The notes: generated by a model from the sequence alone, not told the origin. Numbered from the stretch's first letter, positions 39,828 through 48,980 are shown. The stretch is 64,000 nucleotides of DNA from Candidatus Woesebacteria bacterium (GCA_963749595.1 CAVVNJ010000001.1:1376-65375), one strand, 5' to 3'. Numbers and translations: made by a program.

Positions 39828-40850
39828 ATGCGCCGCGGGCTATTATTGTTGTTGGGAACGATTTTCTGCTCGTGGTTTTTTGCCCTCAGTACTTCTCCGG
39901 CTCTGGCTCAGGCTAAACAGTGTGGTCGCGATCAATACGTCGGCACCCTTGGTACGGCCAACACTTTTTGTGGTCCCGAATCCTTAGTCGATGGGGTCCA
40001 TGCTCCACCAGAGTTTTCTGGATGCTCAGGAACAAATAATACCTGCTATATGGATCCCACCGGTCTGATCCCTCCTCGGACGGGTATTGCTTGCGGCACT
40101 CCCTACGAAGATTCGCGGGATGGCCAGACTTATCCCACTTTTTGCGGCAGTCCCTCTTTAGAAGATGGCAAACTTTTCGTCGGCAACCCGCCGGGTTATG
40201 CTGCCTGTCCAACGACTGGCCAAGTTTGTTTAATCAACTTCATTCCCTATTCTGATGATACTTGCGGTGAACCCTATGTCGCCGATGAATACGGGACTGT
40301 TTATCGAACAACCTGCGTTGTCGGCTTCGCGTGCAGTAGTGGTACTTTTCCGGTCATGAGCCGGACCTGCGCGACAACCGAAGTCGGCGGCGCTACTGTA
40401 ACTCCTCTTTGTTGTGGTTCGCGAGCGGGAGAAAAGGAGACTAAGGAAATTATCGAGGGTGGTCCCAAACTCGGTGCCTTTGACTACTGCAAGCAGGTTC
40501 CAGATGGGGATCAACGGCGGGCTTGTGAGGAATGTCTTTCCCAAGGTGGAACCAGTGAGGACGGAACTCAAAAGACGGTTTATACCGCGGTGGGTTGTAT
40601 TCATACCGGAGAAGATCGATTAGTAGCTGATTTAATTACTTTGTTTTTGGGAGTCAGTGGGGGAATAGCTTTACTAAGCATCTTGGCGGCCTCTTTCTTA
40701 TTCTCGACGTCTCGGGGTGATACTAACAAGGTAAAGCAAGCCAAAGATTTAATGACGGCCGCTGTTTCTGGTTTGTTCTTTATTATCTTCTCGGTGATTA
40801 TTCTTAACTTTATCGGGGTGCAGATACTAAGGATACCGGGACTAAGCTAG
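39828..40850 (+). CDS. secreted Cys-rich protein, paralog with near-identical C-terminal pilin module
   Basis: 340 aa with signal peptide LLLLLGTIFCSWFFALSTSPALA. It has a different Cys-rich head. The last roughly 130 aa differ from the upstream paralog at only 5 positions. Confidence 0.6.
   Translation: MRRGLLLLLGTIFCSWFFALSTSPALAQAKQCGRDQYVGTLGTANTFCGPESLVDGVHAPPEFSGCSGTNNTCYMDPTGLIPPRTGIACGTPYEDSRDGQTYPTFCGSPSLEDGKLFVGNPPGYAACPTTGQVCLINFIPYSDDTCGEPYVADEYGTVYRTTCVVGFACSSGTFPVMSRTCATTEVGGATVTPLCCGSRAGEKETKEIIEGGPKLGAFDYCKQVPDGDQRRACEECLSQGGTSEDGTQKTVYTAVGCIHTGEDRLVADLITLFLGVSGGIALLSILAASFLFSTSRGDTNKVKQAKDLMTAAVSGLFFIIFSVIILNFIGVQILRIPGLS
40459..40850 (+). repeat. 392-nt direct repeat, copy 2
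   Basis: See copy 1. The mismatches are mostly at third codon positions. Confidence 0.9.
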
Positions 40851-40865
40851 AAATTGAGGGCCAAA

Positions 40866-41576
40866 ATGTCTAATCGTCCAATCGAAAAATCTCAAACACC
40901 TCACCCCGTTGAGGTCATCCCAGACATCGACAGCTTAAAATTGGGACGCAAAATCGCCTCTGGTGGCAATACTGACGTCTACGACGTTGAAGGTAATCCA
41001 GAGCTGATCGGGCGTATGTTCCGCTCCCATTGGGAAGGAAATCTGCCAATGATCGCAGATTTAATGGAGAAAATGAAAGAAATTCCGGAAATTGTTAATA
41101 TTGCTCGGATACTCTCGGTAGGAACAAAAAACGGCTTCGCTTTCGCTTTAATGGAGCGAGCACCTGGTAAAGCAGTTCATAATCGCCACGGAAATTACGA
41201 TCAGTGGCATGACGCGATTGTCAGATTATCACTGATACCTCTGGAACAGTACCAAAAATTGATCCAGGATGACCAAGAATTGTTTCGTCATGGCCTAACG
41301 ATCGACCCATCGAAACCGGACAATCTTTTTTATGACGACCAACACGGTTTTACTTTCATCGATTTGGGAGAAATGGCCAGCGATCAAGCCAAGCCTTACT
41401 TTCTTCTCCCTTCGCTAATCGATGTCGGGGCAATTTACAATCGACTAAGAGGAAAATTGAAATCCGAAGATCTCGACAACCTTGAAAAGATCATGGCCCG
41501 ATTACGCTTGGCCGGAGATAATTTTGATGAGCACCGTCTGGAAGAAATTCATCGCGTCGTCCAAGAAATAGAATAA
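40866..41576 (+). CDS. protein-kinase-like / phosphotransferase-fold protein
   Basis: The ATG at 40866 gives MSNRPIEK. LKLGRKIASGGNTDVYDV resembles a Gly-rich loop region. HGLTIDPSKPDNLFYDDQHGFTFIDLG resembles a catalytic loop plus a DxG-like motif. Confidence 0.45.
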   Translation: MSNRPIEKSQTPHPVEVIPDIDSLKLGRKIASGGNTDVYDVEGNPELIGRMFRSHWEGNLPMIADLMEKMKEIPEIVNIARILSVGTKNGFAFALMERAPGKAVHNRHGNYDQWHDAIVRLSLIPLEQYQKLIQDDQELFRHGLTIDPSKPDNLFYDDQHGFTFIDLGEMASDQAKPYFLLPSLIDVGAIYNRLRGKLKSEDLDNLEKIMARLRLAGDNFDEHRLEEIHRVVQEIE

Positions 41577-41605
41577 ATCGAGAATTTTTTTATCAATCCG
41601 CAATG

Positions 41606-41686
41606 TGCCCAGGAGAGGAATCGAACCTCCATGGATTGCTCCACACGGTTCTAAGCCGTGCGCGTCTACCATTCCGCCACCTGGGC
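41606..41686 (-). tRNA. tRNA-Leu (anticodon UAG)
   Basis: The reverse complement is GCCCAGGTGGCGGAATGGTAGACGCGCACGGCTTAGAACCGTGTGGAGCAATCCATGGAGGTTCGATTCCTCTCCTGGGCA. It has a 7-bp acceptor stem, anticodon loop CT-TAG-AA, a long variable arm and a TTCGATT T-loop. CCA is not encoded. Confidence 0.85.
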
Positions 41687-41765
41687 AAAGTAGCGCAATT
41701 ATATACGATTATCGGCACTTTACCGATCTGGAAACAATTTCTCCTTTCGTATATAGTGAAGCCAT

Positions 41766-44051
41766 ATGGCCCGCCCCGCTGCTGATATTCTCTGGTTTCG
41801 TGAAATCGACAAGAACGATGTCGGTTTAGTGGGTGGCAAGGGCGCTAACTTGGGTGAGATGGTGGCCGCCGGTTTTCCGGTTCCCGATGGCTTCATCGTC
41901 ACCGCCCAGGCCTATTTTGCTTTCTTGGACGCCACCAATCTCCGCGGCAAAATTCACAAGCTTCTCGACAAACTAGACGTGAATGATAATCGGAAATTGC
42001 AGTCTGCCGCCAAAAAGGTTCAGCAGTTGATCCTGAAAGCCAAAATGCCTACTGAGCTGGGTAAAAAAATCCAGGTCGCGTACGAAAAACTCGGGAAAAA
42101 TACTCTAGTGGCGGTCCGTTCCAGCGCTACGGCCGAGGATCTGCCAGAAGCCTCTTTTGCCGGCCAGCAAGCTACTTTCCTGAACATCAAGGGTGCCAAG
42201 GAGGTGGTTAAGGCCACCCAAAAAGCCTGGGCTTCGCTGTTTGAAGGGCGGGCCATTTTCTACCGCGCCACCCAAAAATATGATCATTTTAAAGTCGGTA
42301 TCGCGGTGCCGGTCCAGCGCATGGTGCAATCGGATATTTCCGGAGTTTTATTCTCGATCAATCCGGTTAATAACGAAAAAAACATCGTGGTCGTCGAAGC
42401 CATCTGGGGACTAGGTGAAAATATCGTCCAGGGCACGGTCACGCCCGACCACTATGAAATCGAGAAAAACACCTGGGAGATTAAGAAAAATCAGCCAGCA
42501 GAACAAAAAATAGAAATGGTGCGCAAATTAGGGCGGACGCGCAACTTTGCCGTCCCCACCAGTCGGCGCAAACGGACTAAATTGTCCGAGCGACAAATGG
42601 TAGCGTTGGCCAAGTTGGGCGTCCGCCTGCAAAAACACTACTTTTTCCCTCAAGACGCTGAGTGGGCCATTGAAAACGGTCGGATTTTCTTGGTCCAAAC
42701 CCGGCCGATCACTACCATGAAAGCCGTCACGGCCAAGTCCACTTCCGCCTCCGTTGACTCGCTGCTGGAATCAATGCCCGTTCTTTTGGCTGGAGATCCC
42801 GCCTCTCCCGGAATAATTTCCGGCGTGGTTCGCCACATTCCCACCCCAGCAGACATCCCCAAGCTTAAAGTGGGAGAGATCATGGTTACCGCCATGACCA
42901 CGCCCGATTTCGTTCCGGCCATGAAAAAGGCCGGTGGATTAATCACGGATCGTGGCGGCCAAACTTCACACGCGGCTATCGTTTCCCGGGAACTTGGTCT
43001 GCCCTGCATTGTCGGCACCGGCCAAGCCACTAAGCTGTTGAAGGACGGTCAAAAAGTAACCTTAAATGGTAAAAACGGCAAGATTCACGCCGGGGAATTG
43101 ACAGCCGCGGTGTTGGCGGATATTGCCCAAAAAAAGACTGAGGCGACAACCGGTCCACGGCTGAAAACCGCTACCAAAATCTACGTCAATCTGGCCGAAC
43201 CGGAATTAGCCAAGGGTATTGGGGAGCGGCACGTTGACGGCGTCGGTCTGTTGCGGGCGGAGTTCATGATCGCTCAACTTGGCCACCATCCCAAGAAATT
43301 GCTCCGCGATGGCCGCGGCAAGGTTTTCAGCCGCCAGCTGGCCAAAGGCATCGCCGAAATTTGCGCGGCTTTCGGCGACCGGCCAGTGGTCTACCGCGCC
43401 ACGGACTTCAAGACCAATGAGTATCGCCATCTGATTGGAGGAGAAGAATTTGAACCGGAAGAAGAAAATCCCCTGATCGGCTACCGGGGTTGTTACCGCT
43501 ATATTACCGATCCCAAAGTCTTTCAACTGGAGCTAGAGGCCATTAAGCAGGTGCGGGAAAAATATAAAAACCTCTGGATTATGATTCCCTTTGTCCGTTC
43601 GGTACAGGAGTTTCAAAAAGTTAAGGCCTTGATCTTTGCCGCCGGTTTACGCCGCAGCACTTCTTTCAAGATCTGGATGATGGCCGAACTGCCGGAAAAC
43701 ATCATCATGATTGATGATTATATCGACGCCGGAGTTGATGGATTTTCTATCGGTACTAACGATTTGACGATGCTAATCCTGGGTGCAGACCGGGACAACG
43801 AAAACGTGGCCAGCGAGTACGACGAACGCCATCCCGCCGTGCAATGGGCTCTAGAGCGAATCATCCGCAAATGTCGGAATCGGAACGTGTCAATTTCCGT
43901 TTGCGGCCAGGGACCCTCGACTTACCACGAACTAGCTGCCAATCTGGTGGAGTGGGGTGTTACCTCACTGTCAGTTTCTCCGGATTCGATTGAGTCCGTG
44001 CGCGAAATCGTCTCCCAAACCGAGATGCAGCTGACCAGACGAAAGAAATAA
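41766..44051 (+). CDS. ppsA: phosphoenolpyruvate synthase / PEP-utilizing enzyme
   Basis: 761 aa with an N-terminal ATP-grasp part (VGGKGANLGEM), a phosphohistidine swivel (GGQTSHAAIVSRELGLPCIVG) and a C-terminal PEP/pyruvate domain. Confidence 0.85.
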   Translation: MARPAADILWFREIDKNDVGLVGGKGANLGEMVAAGFPVPDGFIVTAQAYFAFLDATNLRGKIHKLLDKLDVNDNRKLQSAAKKVQQLILKAKMPTELGKKIQVAYEKLGKNTLVAVRSSATAEDLPEASFAGQQATFLNIKGAKEVVKATQKAWASLFEGRAIFYRATQKYDHFKVGIAVPVQRMVQSDISGVLFSINPVNNEKNIVVVEAIWGLGENIVQGTVTPDHYEIEKNTWEIKKNQPAEQKIEMVRKLGRTRNFAVPTSRRKRTKLSERQMVALAKLGVRLQKHYFFPQDAEWAIENGRIFLVQTRPITTMKAVTAKSTSASVDSLLESMPVLLAGDPASPGIISGVVRHIPTPADIPKLKVGEIMVTAMTTPDFVPAMKKAGGLITDRGGQTSHAAIVSRELGLPCIVGTGQATKLLKDGQKVTLNGKNGKIHAGELTAAVLADIAQKKTEATTGPRLKTATKIYVNLAEPELAKGIGERHVDGVGLLRAEFMIAQLGHHPKKLLRDGRGKVFSRQLAKGIAEICAAFGDRPVVYRATDFKTNEYRHLIGGEEFEPEEENPLIGYRGCYRYITDPKVFQLELEAIKQVREKYKNLWIMIPFVRSVQEFQKVKALIFAAGLRRSTSFKIWMMAELPENIIMIDDYIDAGVDGFSIGTNDLTMLILGADRDNENVASEYDERHPAVQWALERIIRKCRNRNVSISVCGQGPSTYHELAANLVEWGVTSLSVSPDSIESVREIVSQTEMQLTRRKK

Positions 44052-44052
44052 T

Positions 44053-45978
44053 ATGGCCCTGATCAGTTCCATCACCGCCCGCCAGATTTTGGACAGCCGC
44101 GGCATACCAGCCGTAGAGGCGACGGTGACCTTGGATTCCGGCCACAGCGAAACCGCCTCGTCGCCCTCAGGTTCAGTCGGCAACAAGCTGGAAGCCGCCG
44201 AACTGCGCGATCACAATAATAACGAATACTTTGGGCTCGGAGTCACTCAGGCGGTAAAAAATGTGAATACGATCATCGCTCATAAGTTGTTCGGCATGGA
44301 TCCGCTTTATCAGACTCAAATCGACCAAACGCTCGTTGATTTGGACGGCACGACCAATAAATCGCACCTGGGCAGCAACGCCATTTTCTCCGTTTCCCAG
44401 GCGGTATTGAAAGTGGCGGCCGCCTCGCTCAAACTTCCGGTTTTCATGTACGTGAAGGAAAAATATCGGCTCGCCGAAATTTACCGCCTGCCAACACCGA
44501 TTTTTAACTTGATTAACGGCGGCCGTCATGGTTCCGGAGCGCTTGATTTTCAGGAGTTCCAACTGGTTCCGGCCAGTCATCTGCCCTACGAAAAAGCCCT
44601 TCGCTTCGGGGTGGAAGTCTTTATGGCTCTGGAAAAAACGCTCGAACAAAAAGGGGCGATTCGGGCGGTTGGACTCGAGGGCGGTTTTTCTCCTAATCTG
44701 GCCTCCAATACCGACGCCTTGGAAATCTTTACCGAGGCCATGAAAATTACTTCCTATTCCCTGGCCAAGGACGCATTTCTCGGTCTGGACGTGGTGCCAA
44801 AATGGTTCCATAAAGGCGGCAAGTACTCGATTAAAGACCGGCCGCAACCGATGAATAGCAAACAGCTGATCAAGTTTTATCAGGATTTACACCACCAGTA
44901 TCGTGTTTTTTCCTTTGAAGACCCGCTGCTGGATGACGACTGGGACGACTGGAAGTTTATGACCGAGGAGATGGGGGAGAGCGCCATGATCGTGGCTGAT
45001 AGCCTCATCGCCACCAACAAAACTCTACTAATGAAAGCTATTCAGGAGAAAGCCTGCAATGCGGTAGTGATCAAACCCAATCGCGCCGGAACGGTGACCG
45101 AGACCGTCGAGGTGATCAGTTTGGCGAAAAAGGCCGGTTGGCACACCATCATGTCCCACCGTTCCGGCGAGACGACCGATGACGTTCTGGCGGATATCGC
45201 CGTCGGTATTGGGACCGACTATGTCAAATTTGGCGCCCCCTCCCGGGGTGAACGGGTCGTTAAATATAATCGTCTTTTACGAATTGAAGAAATTCTGTTA
45301 CGATCTTCACAAACAGCAAAACCTGAACCAGGAGTCAGCCCTATGGAACCAACTGCTAATCCCGCCGCACCGGTGAGCGCCCAACCCACTCCGATTACTA
45401 ATCCCCAAGCCGATTTGAGTAACCTACAGGTCGATTCCGCCGTTCCGGTCCCGGCAACCACTCAACCAACCGAACCTGGAGTCGCGGTCGCTCCACCATC
45501 AATGACCCCCACTGCACCGGCCATCCCGGACGCGGCTGCTCCTACGCCGTTCGCCAGTATTTTTTCCTCCGCTTCTGCCGCTAACCAGGTTTCGGCCGCT
45601 TACCCTACACCAATGACTCCAACACCTTTGACCGTCGCGCCGACCATGCCTAGCGAACCTACCGCGACCACCCCGGCATTATCTCCGGCAATCGCACCGG
45701 CTACCCCGGTGTCTAGTGAAACCATCACTCAGCTCAGCAGCGCTCCTGTGCCAGCAACGCCCCCAGCCGCGGCTTCGCCAGTTCCGGAGGCTGAGCTACA
45801 AAATAGCGTCAACGAATTGGTAAAAATGGTCGGCCCGACTGAGGTTCCAACGCCGGCAGCCACCCCAACACCAACCGTCGCTCCGGTTGAACCGGTTGCC
45901 AGCGCCCCGGCGGCTCCAGCTCAAGCCAGTCCGCTGCCCTCCGGACTAACCCCACCAACGCCACCCAGCTATACCTAG
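44053..45978 (+). CDS. eno: enolase with ~215-aa Pro/Thr/Ala-rich C-terminal extension
   Basis: ARQILDSRG, SPSGSVGNKLEAAELRD, SHRSGETTDD and VKYNRLLRIEE. The enolase core ends at about aa 425. The remainder is low-complexity P/T/A/S/V sequence. Confidence 0.9.
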   Translation: MALISSITARQILDSRGIPAVEATVTLDSGHSETASSPSGSVGNKLEAAELRDHNNNEYFGLGVTQAVKNVNTIIAHKLFGMDPLYQTQIDQTLVDLDGTTNKSHLGSNAIFSVSQAVLKVAAASLKLPVFMYVKEKYRLAEIYRLPTPIFNLINGGRHGSGALDFQEFQLVPASHLPYEKALRFGVEVFMALEKTLEQKGAIRAVGLEGGFSPNLASNTDALEIFTEAMKITSYSLAKDAFLGLDVVPKWFHKGGKYSIKDRPQPMNSKQLIKFYQDLHHQYRVFSFEDPLLDDDWDDWKFMTEEMGESAMIVADSLIATNKTLLMKAIQEKACNAVVIKPNRAGTVTETVEVISLAKKAGWHTIMSHRSGETTDDVLADIAVGIGTDYVKFGAPSRGERVVKYNRLLRIEEILLRSSQTAKPEPGVSPMEPTANPAAPVSAQPTPITNPQADLSNLQVDSAVPVPATTQPTEPGVAVAPPSMTPTAPAIPDAAAPTPFASIFSSASAANQVSAAYPTPMTPTPLTVAPTMPSEPTATTPALSPAIAPATPVSSETITQLSSAPVPATPPAAASPVPEAELQNSVNELVKMVGPTEVPTPAATPTPTVAPVEPVASAPAAPAQASPLPSGLTPPTPPSYT

Positions 45979-45979
45979 G

Positions 45980-46348
45980 TTAAGTGAAACTGTTTAAGTA
46001 GTAATCAAGTTGCTTGATTAGCTCTTTTAGGCGGTAATCGCTGTCAATCGACCAATATTCTTCGCGGCGCCCATCCCGGTTCGGTTCCCAAAACTCAAGA
46101 TAGGCGAGTGGTTCACGTCTGATTTTTTTGGACCGAAGTTGCTCAACCAGATCCCGATTCGCCATATAGCTCTCCGTCTGCCGGTGGCAATTGGCAAAAA
46201 CGTATTGGAGTTCAGTCCGAAAACGAAGGTTAAGCTTGGTATTGTAGGTCAGCTCGTTAAATAGCTCGGTAGTGCGGGCGTTTTCCCAATCCAGCGTCGG
46301 ATGGCGCCAGTAAATAATATGGAGTTTCCGCAGATTGCCACTATTCAT
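45980..46348 (-). CDS. hypothetical protein
   Basis: 122-aa ORF rich in aromatic and charged residues. No family recognised. Confidence 0.45.
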   Translation of the reverse strand: MNSGNLRKLHIIYWRHPTLDWENARTTELFNELTYNTKLNLRFRTELQYVFANCHRQTESYMANRDLVEQLRSKKIRREPLAYLEFWEPNRDGRREEYWSIDSDYRLKELIKQLDYYLNSFT

Positions 46349-46391
46349 CTCCCGTGATTATAGCAAGACCGTTTACTGCTATAATGAAACA

Positions 46392-47048
46392 ATGGAATTT
46401 GATCGTCTGGTCGTTGGTTTTTTTGTTGACGAAATTGTTGGTGGTTTCTTCATTTCCGTGCCTCCTGGGCACATTGCCTGCATTTTTGATCGCGGGCGCG
46501 GCGTTCTCCCCAAGGTCTGGGGGCCTGGCCTTCACCTGAAGCTGCCATTTTGGCAAGTCGCAAAACTGTTTAACGCGCAAATTCTGGAGTATGCCATTCG
46601 GCGGGCCTTTGATGCCTCCACTAATAAGGAAGACCTGGGTGACGAACCAATCATTACCCAGACCGCAGATGGTCAGGTAATCTCCATTGAGGGCTCGGTA
46701 CTTTTCCGTATTGATAAACACAACGCTCCGGAACTTTGGGAGAACATTGGCGAAAATTTCGTTTCCAAGGTGGTTCGCCCGATTGCCCGTTCCCGACTAA
46801 GCGCCATTTTTTCCCAACTGAAAACTGACCAAATCTCGGCTAATCGCAATCAAATTGAGCAACTGGTCCAAAAGGAACTCTCCGAGCGCTTTGCCAACAA
46901 GGGGCTAAACTGCGAAGGCTTTTTGCTATCCGAGATCAAGGTGCTCAATCCTCAGGGCAAGGACGTAGTTGTCCTGCAGGAAGAGGCAAAGATTGAACCT
47001 CCGGCACCAGAAATGACCGAGTTTCCCTTTAATTCACTCGAGCGTTAA
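46392..47048 (+). CDS. SPFH/Band-7 (prohibitin/HflC-like) domain protein
   Basis: MEFDRLVVGFFV.. (TM), then VPPGHIACIFDRGRGVLPKVWGPGLHLKLPFWQ and ..TADGQVISIEGSVLFRID... The track ORF starts earlier, at 46335. Confidence 0.7.
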   Translation: MEFDRLVVGFFVDEIVGGFFISVPPGHIACIFDRGRGVLPKVWGPGLHLKLPFWQVAKLFNAQILEYAIRRAFDASTNKEDLGDEPIITQTADGQVISIEGSVLFRIDKHNAPELWENIGENFVSKVVRPIARSRLSAIFSQLKTDQISANRNQIEQLVQKELSERFANKGLNCEGFLLSEIKVLNPQGKDVVVLQEEAKIEPPAPEMTEFPFNSLER

Positions 47049-47681
47049 AACACCCTGTTCGCGCAAGGAAAGATAGCCCTCCCGCGCCACGATGAGGTGG
47101 TCACGTAAATTCAAGCCCATCAATTCACAAGCCGCTTGAATCCGCCGGGTAAAAACCAGATCTTCCCCCGAAGGCTCCAGATTGCCGCTGGGGTGATTAT
47201 GACAAAGGACGATTGAGTCAATCGGTTGCCAACGCAGCGGAAAGAAAATTTCCTTGGGTTGAAGCAAGGCGATGTTCAGGCCGCCCAGAGCCAAAACCTC
47301 AGTGTGAATTACCTCCGCCCGGCTGTTGCAGTATAGGGCTTTTATCATTTCTTTGGAGGCCAGCGCTAAATCTTGGCAGAGCAACCAAACGTCCTCTGGT
47401 TTTTGAAGCTGAACCTGCCGCCGCTCGTTCAAGCGCGCCAATAATTCCGCGACGGCAACCACCCGGCAGTACTGGGCCTCACCCAGCCGTCCAAAAAGAC
47501 TCTTTGGATCAAAATTTGGCAGCAAACCAACCAGGGACCGAGCCAGCGCGGGGAGAGGTTTTTTCCTGGTGCCGGAACCTAGTACACAGCACCAAAGCTC
47601 TTCCTCACTCAGTGCTTTAACCCCCAAGCGCAGCAATTTTTCCCGGGGGCGGGAAGAGAGCGACCGATCCCAAGCGTGCAT
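47034..47681 (-). CDS. radC: RadC-like JAB-domain protein (UPF0758)
   Basis: 215 aa with the JAMM-type motif HNHPSGNLEPSGEDLVFTRR. Confidence 0.8.
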   Translation of the reverse strand: MHAWDRSLSSRPREKLLRLGVKALSEEELWCCVLGSGTRKKPLPALARSLVGLLPNFDPKSLFGRLGEAQYCRVVAVAELLARLNERRQVQLQKPEDVWLLCQDLALASKEMIKALYCNSRAEVIHTEVLALGGLNIALLQPKEIFFPLRWQPIDSIVLCHNHPSGNLEPSGEDLVFTRRIQAACELMGLNLRDHLIVAREGYLSLREQGVLTLE

Positions 47682-47724
47682 GCGCCAATTAAAGCAAAAA
47701 AAGGTTACCGAAAACTTACCTTAA

Positions 47725-48033
47725 TTAGTACAAATCCAGAAAATCGCTGGTCGAACCAAAGCATTCCATTCCGCGCGGTACCTTGCGATCGGGAGAAACC
47801 AGAATAATCCGCTTTTGGTCATATTTCTTATGTAAAACGTCGATGATCATTTCTAGGTCATACATCGCGCCTTCATCAACCAAGATCACGGTATCGATCT
47901 CAAAGGTGGCCAACAGTAGAAATACCTCCGCCGCATCTTTCGCCCGATATGTCTCAATATCTCGTTTACTGAGAGTTTGATGGTATAATTTTCTGGTTGC
48001 CGCCGTCTTGGCATAGATGAGAATGTTCTGCAT
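47725..48033 (-). CDS. small receiver-like (CheY-fold) protein lacking the N-terminal acidic pair
   Basis: The internal start MQNILIYAKTAATRKLY..EIDTVILVDEGAM..KRIILVS shows an alternating beta/alpha pattern. The track ORF's upstream 53 codons overlap the divergent XRE gene. Confidence 0.35.
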   Translation of the reverse strand: MQNILIYAKTAATRKLYHQTLSKRDIETYRAKDAAEVFLLLATFEIDTVILVDEGAMYDLEMIIDVLHKKYDQKRIILVSPDRKVPRGMECFGSTSDFLDLY

Positions 48034-48090
48034 GGCTGCTATAGTATAAATAGAATCAGTCTCATTTGACAAGAGGAACAGAGGAGAATC

Positions 48091-48426
48091 ATGAAAAACA
48101 CCAAACCTTTCGCCGTCCAGAAATTCAAAGAGGGGCTCGCCCAGATTGGTCAACGGGTTAAACAAGCCCGTCAATCCAAGGGCATGACCCAATATGAGTT
48201 AGCCGATTATCTTGATGTCTCGGCAAAAACCATCTCCGCAATCGAGGTTGGCCGAGTCGAACCCTCGGTCTCCCAAATGCAAGCCTTTTCGGCGGTTTTG
48301 GAGGAGCCGATCGGTTACTTTGTCGGTGAAGATGCCAGCTCGGTGGAGTCAAAAATGGAACGGGTAGCCAACGAACTAGCCGAGATCCGCCGGACCATGG
48401 ACTTAATTAACATCAAGAAGAAGTAA
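48091..48426 (+). CDS. XRE-family helix-turn-helix transcriptional regulator
   Basis: 111 aa with GQRVKQARQSKGMTQYELADYLDVSAKTISAIEVGRVEPS. Confidence 0.75.
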   Translation: MKNTKPFAVQKFKEGLAQIGQRVKQARQSKGMTQYELADYLDVSAKTISAIEVGRVEPSVSQMQAFSAVLEEPIGYFVGEDASSVESKMERVANELAEIRRTMDLINIKKK

Positions 48427-48451
48427 TTTCCAGGGTATAATAAGCTCCGTT

Positions 48452-48535
48452 GGAGGTGTCGCCTAGTGGCTATGGCAAACGCCTGGAAAGCGTTGACTGG
48501 TAACGGTCCCGTGGGTTCGAGTCCCACCACCTCCG
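48452..48535 (+). tRNA. tRNA-Ser (anticodon GGA)
   Basis: GGAGGTGTCGCCTAGTGGCTATGGCAAACGCCTGGAAAGCGTTGACTGGTAACGGTCCCGTGGGTTCGAGTCCCACCACCTCCG. It has anticodon loop CT-GGA-AA, a long variable arm and a TTCGAGT T-loop. Confidence 0.85.
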
Positions 48536-48566
48536 CAACCTAGGATTCGAGCTATAGCGATAATAT

Positions 48567-48980
48567 ATGAACCAAATAGAACGAGACAAATTGACAAGGT
48601 ATTTACTAACAGCCAAACATTTGTTGGATGATTTTGATGATAGTATTCCTGACACAATAGTTTCTGGGGGGATAACTGCTGATGGCCTAGATTACGGCAG
48701 GCCTGTCGCATTTAAATGCCAATCAACTTGGCTGATGGGTGCTTTTGGTTTAACAGCTTTTGCACAAAGATTTTTTGACGCAGAACAAAAAGTACGAAGT
48801 CAAGCCAGAGAAGTTGAGACACAAATATACGAGAGACGACTTTCTCCTGTAGAACAAGATCCATATCACCATCGAGATGAGAGTGGAAATTGTGTATTCT
48901 TAACTACAGACGAAGAAATTAAAATGGTGAATTCCTTTTTAGTTCTTTTTATTCAGGAAGTAGGCAAGCTTTTAGAATAA
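48567..48980 (+). CDS. hypothetical protein on low-GC islet next to tRNA-Ser
   Basis: 137-aa ORF whose first lines are about one-third GC. No family recognised. Confidence 0.5.
   Translation: MNQIERDKLTRYLLTAKHLLDDFDDSIPDTIVSGGITADGLDYGRPVAFKCQSTWLMGAFGLTAFAQRFFDAEQKVRSQAREVETQIYERRLSPVEQDPYHHRDESGNCVFLTTDEEIKMVNSFLVLFIQEVGKLLE

Noticed and set aside
39421-40850. Diversity-generating retroelement (TR/VR) explanation for the 392-nt repeat pair
   Set aside because: The mismatches are mostly synonymous third-position changes of all types and are not adenine-specific. The conserved part is the membrane tail rather than a variable ligand-binding tip. No reverse transcriptase is in the window.
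44173-44847. 224-aa minus-strand ORF inside eno, and similar long antisense ORFs at 58216..58821, 28942..29481 and 24936..25358
   Set aside because: In each case the opposite strand carries a well-supported conserved gene (enolase, Ham1, SBP, PyrG). The antisense products have no motifs and skewed composition.
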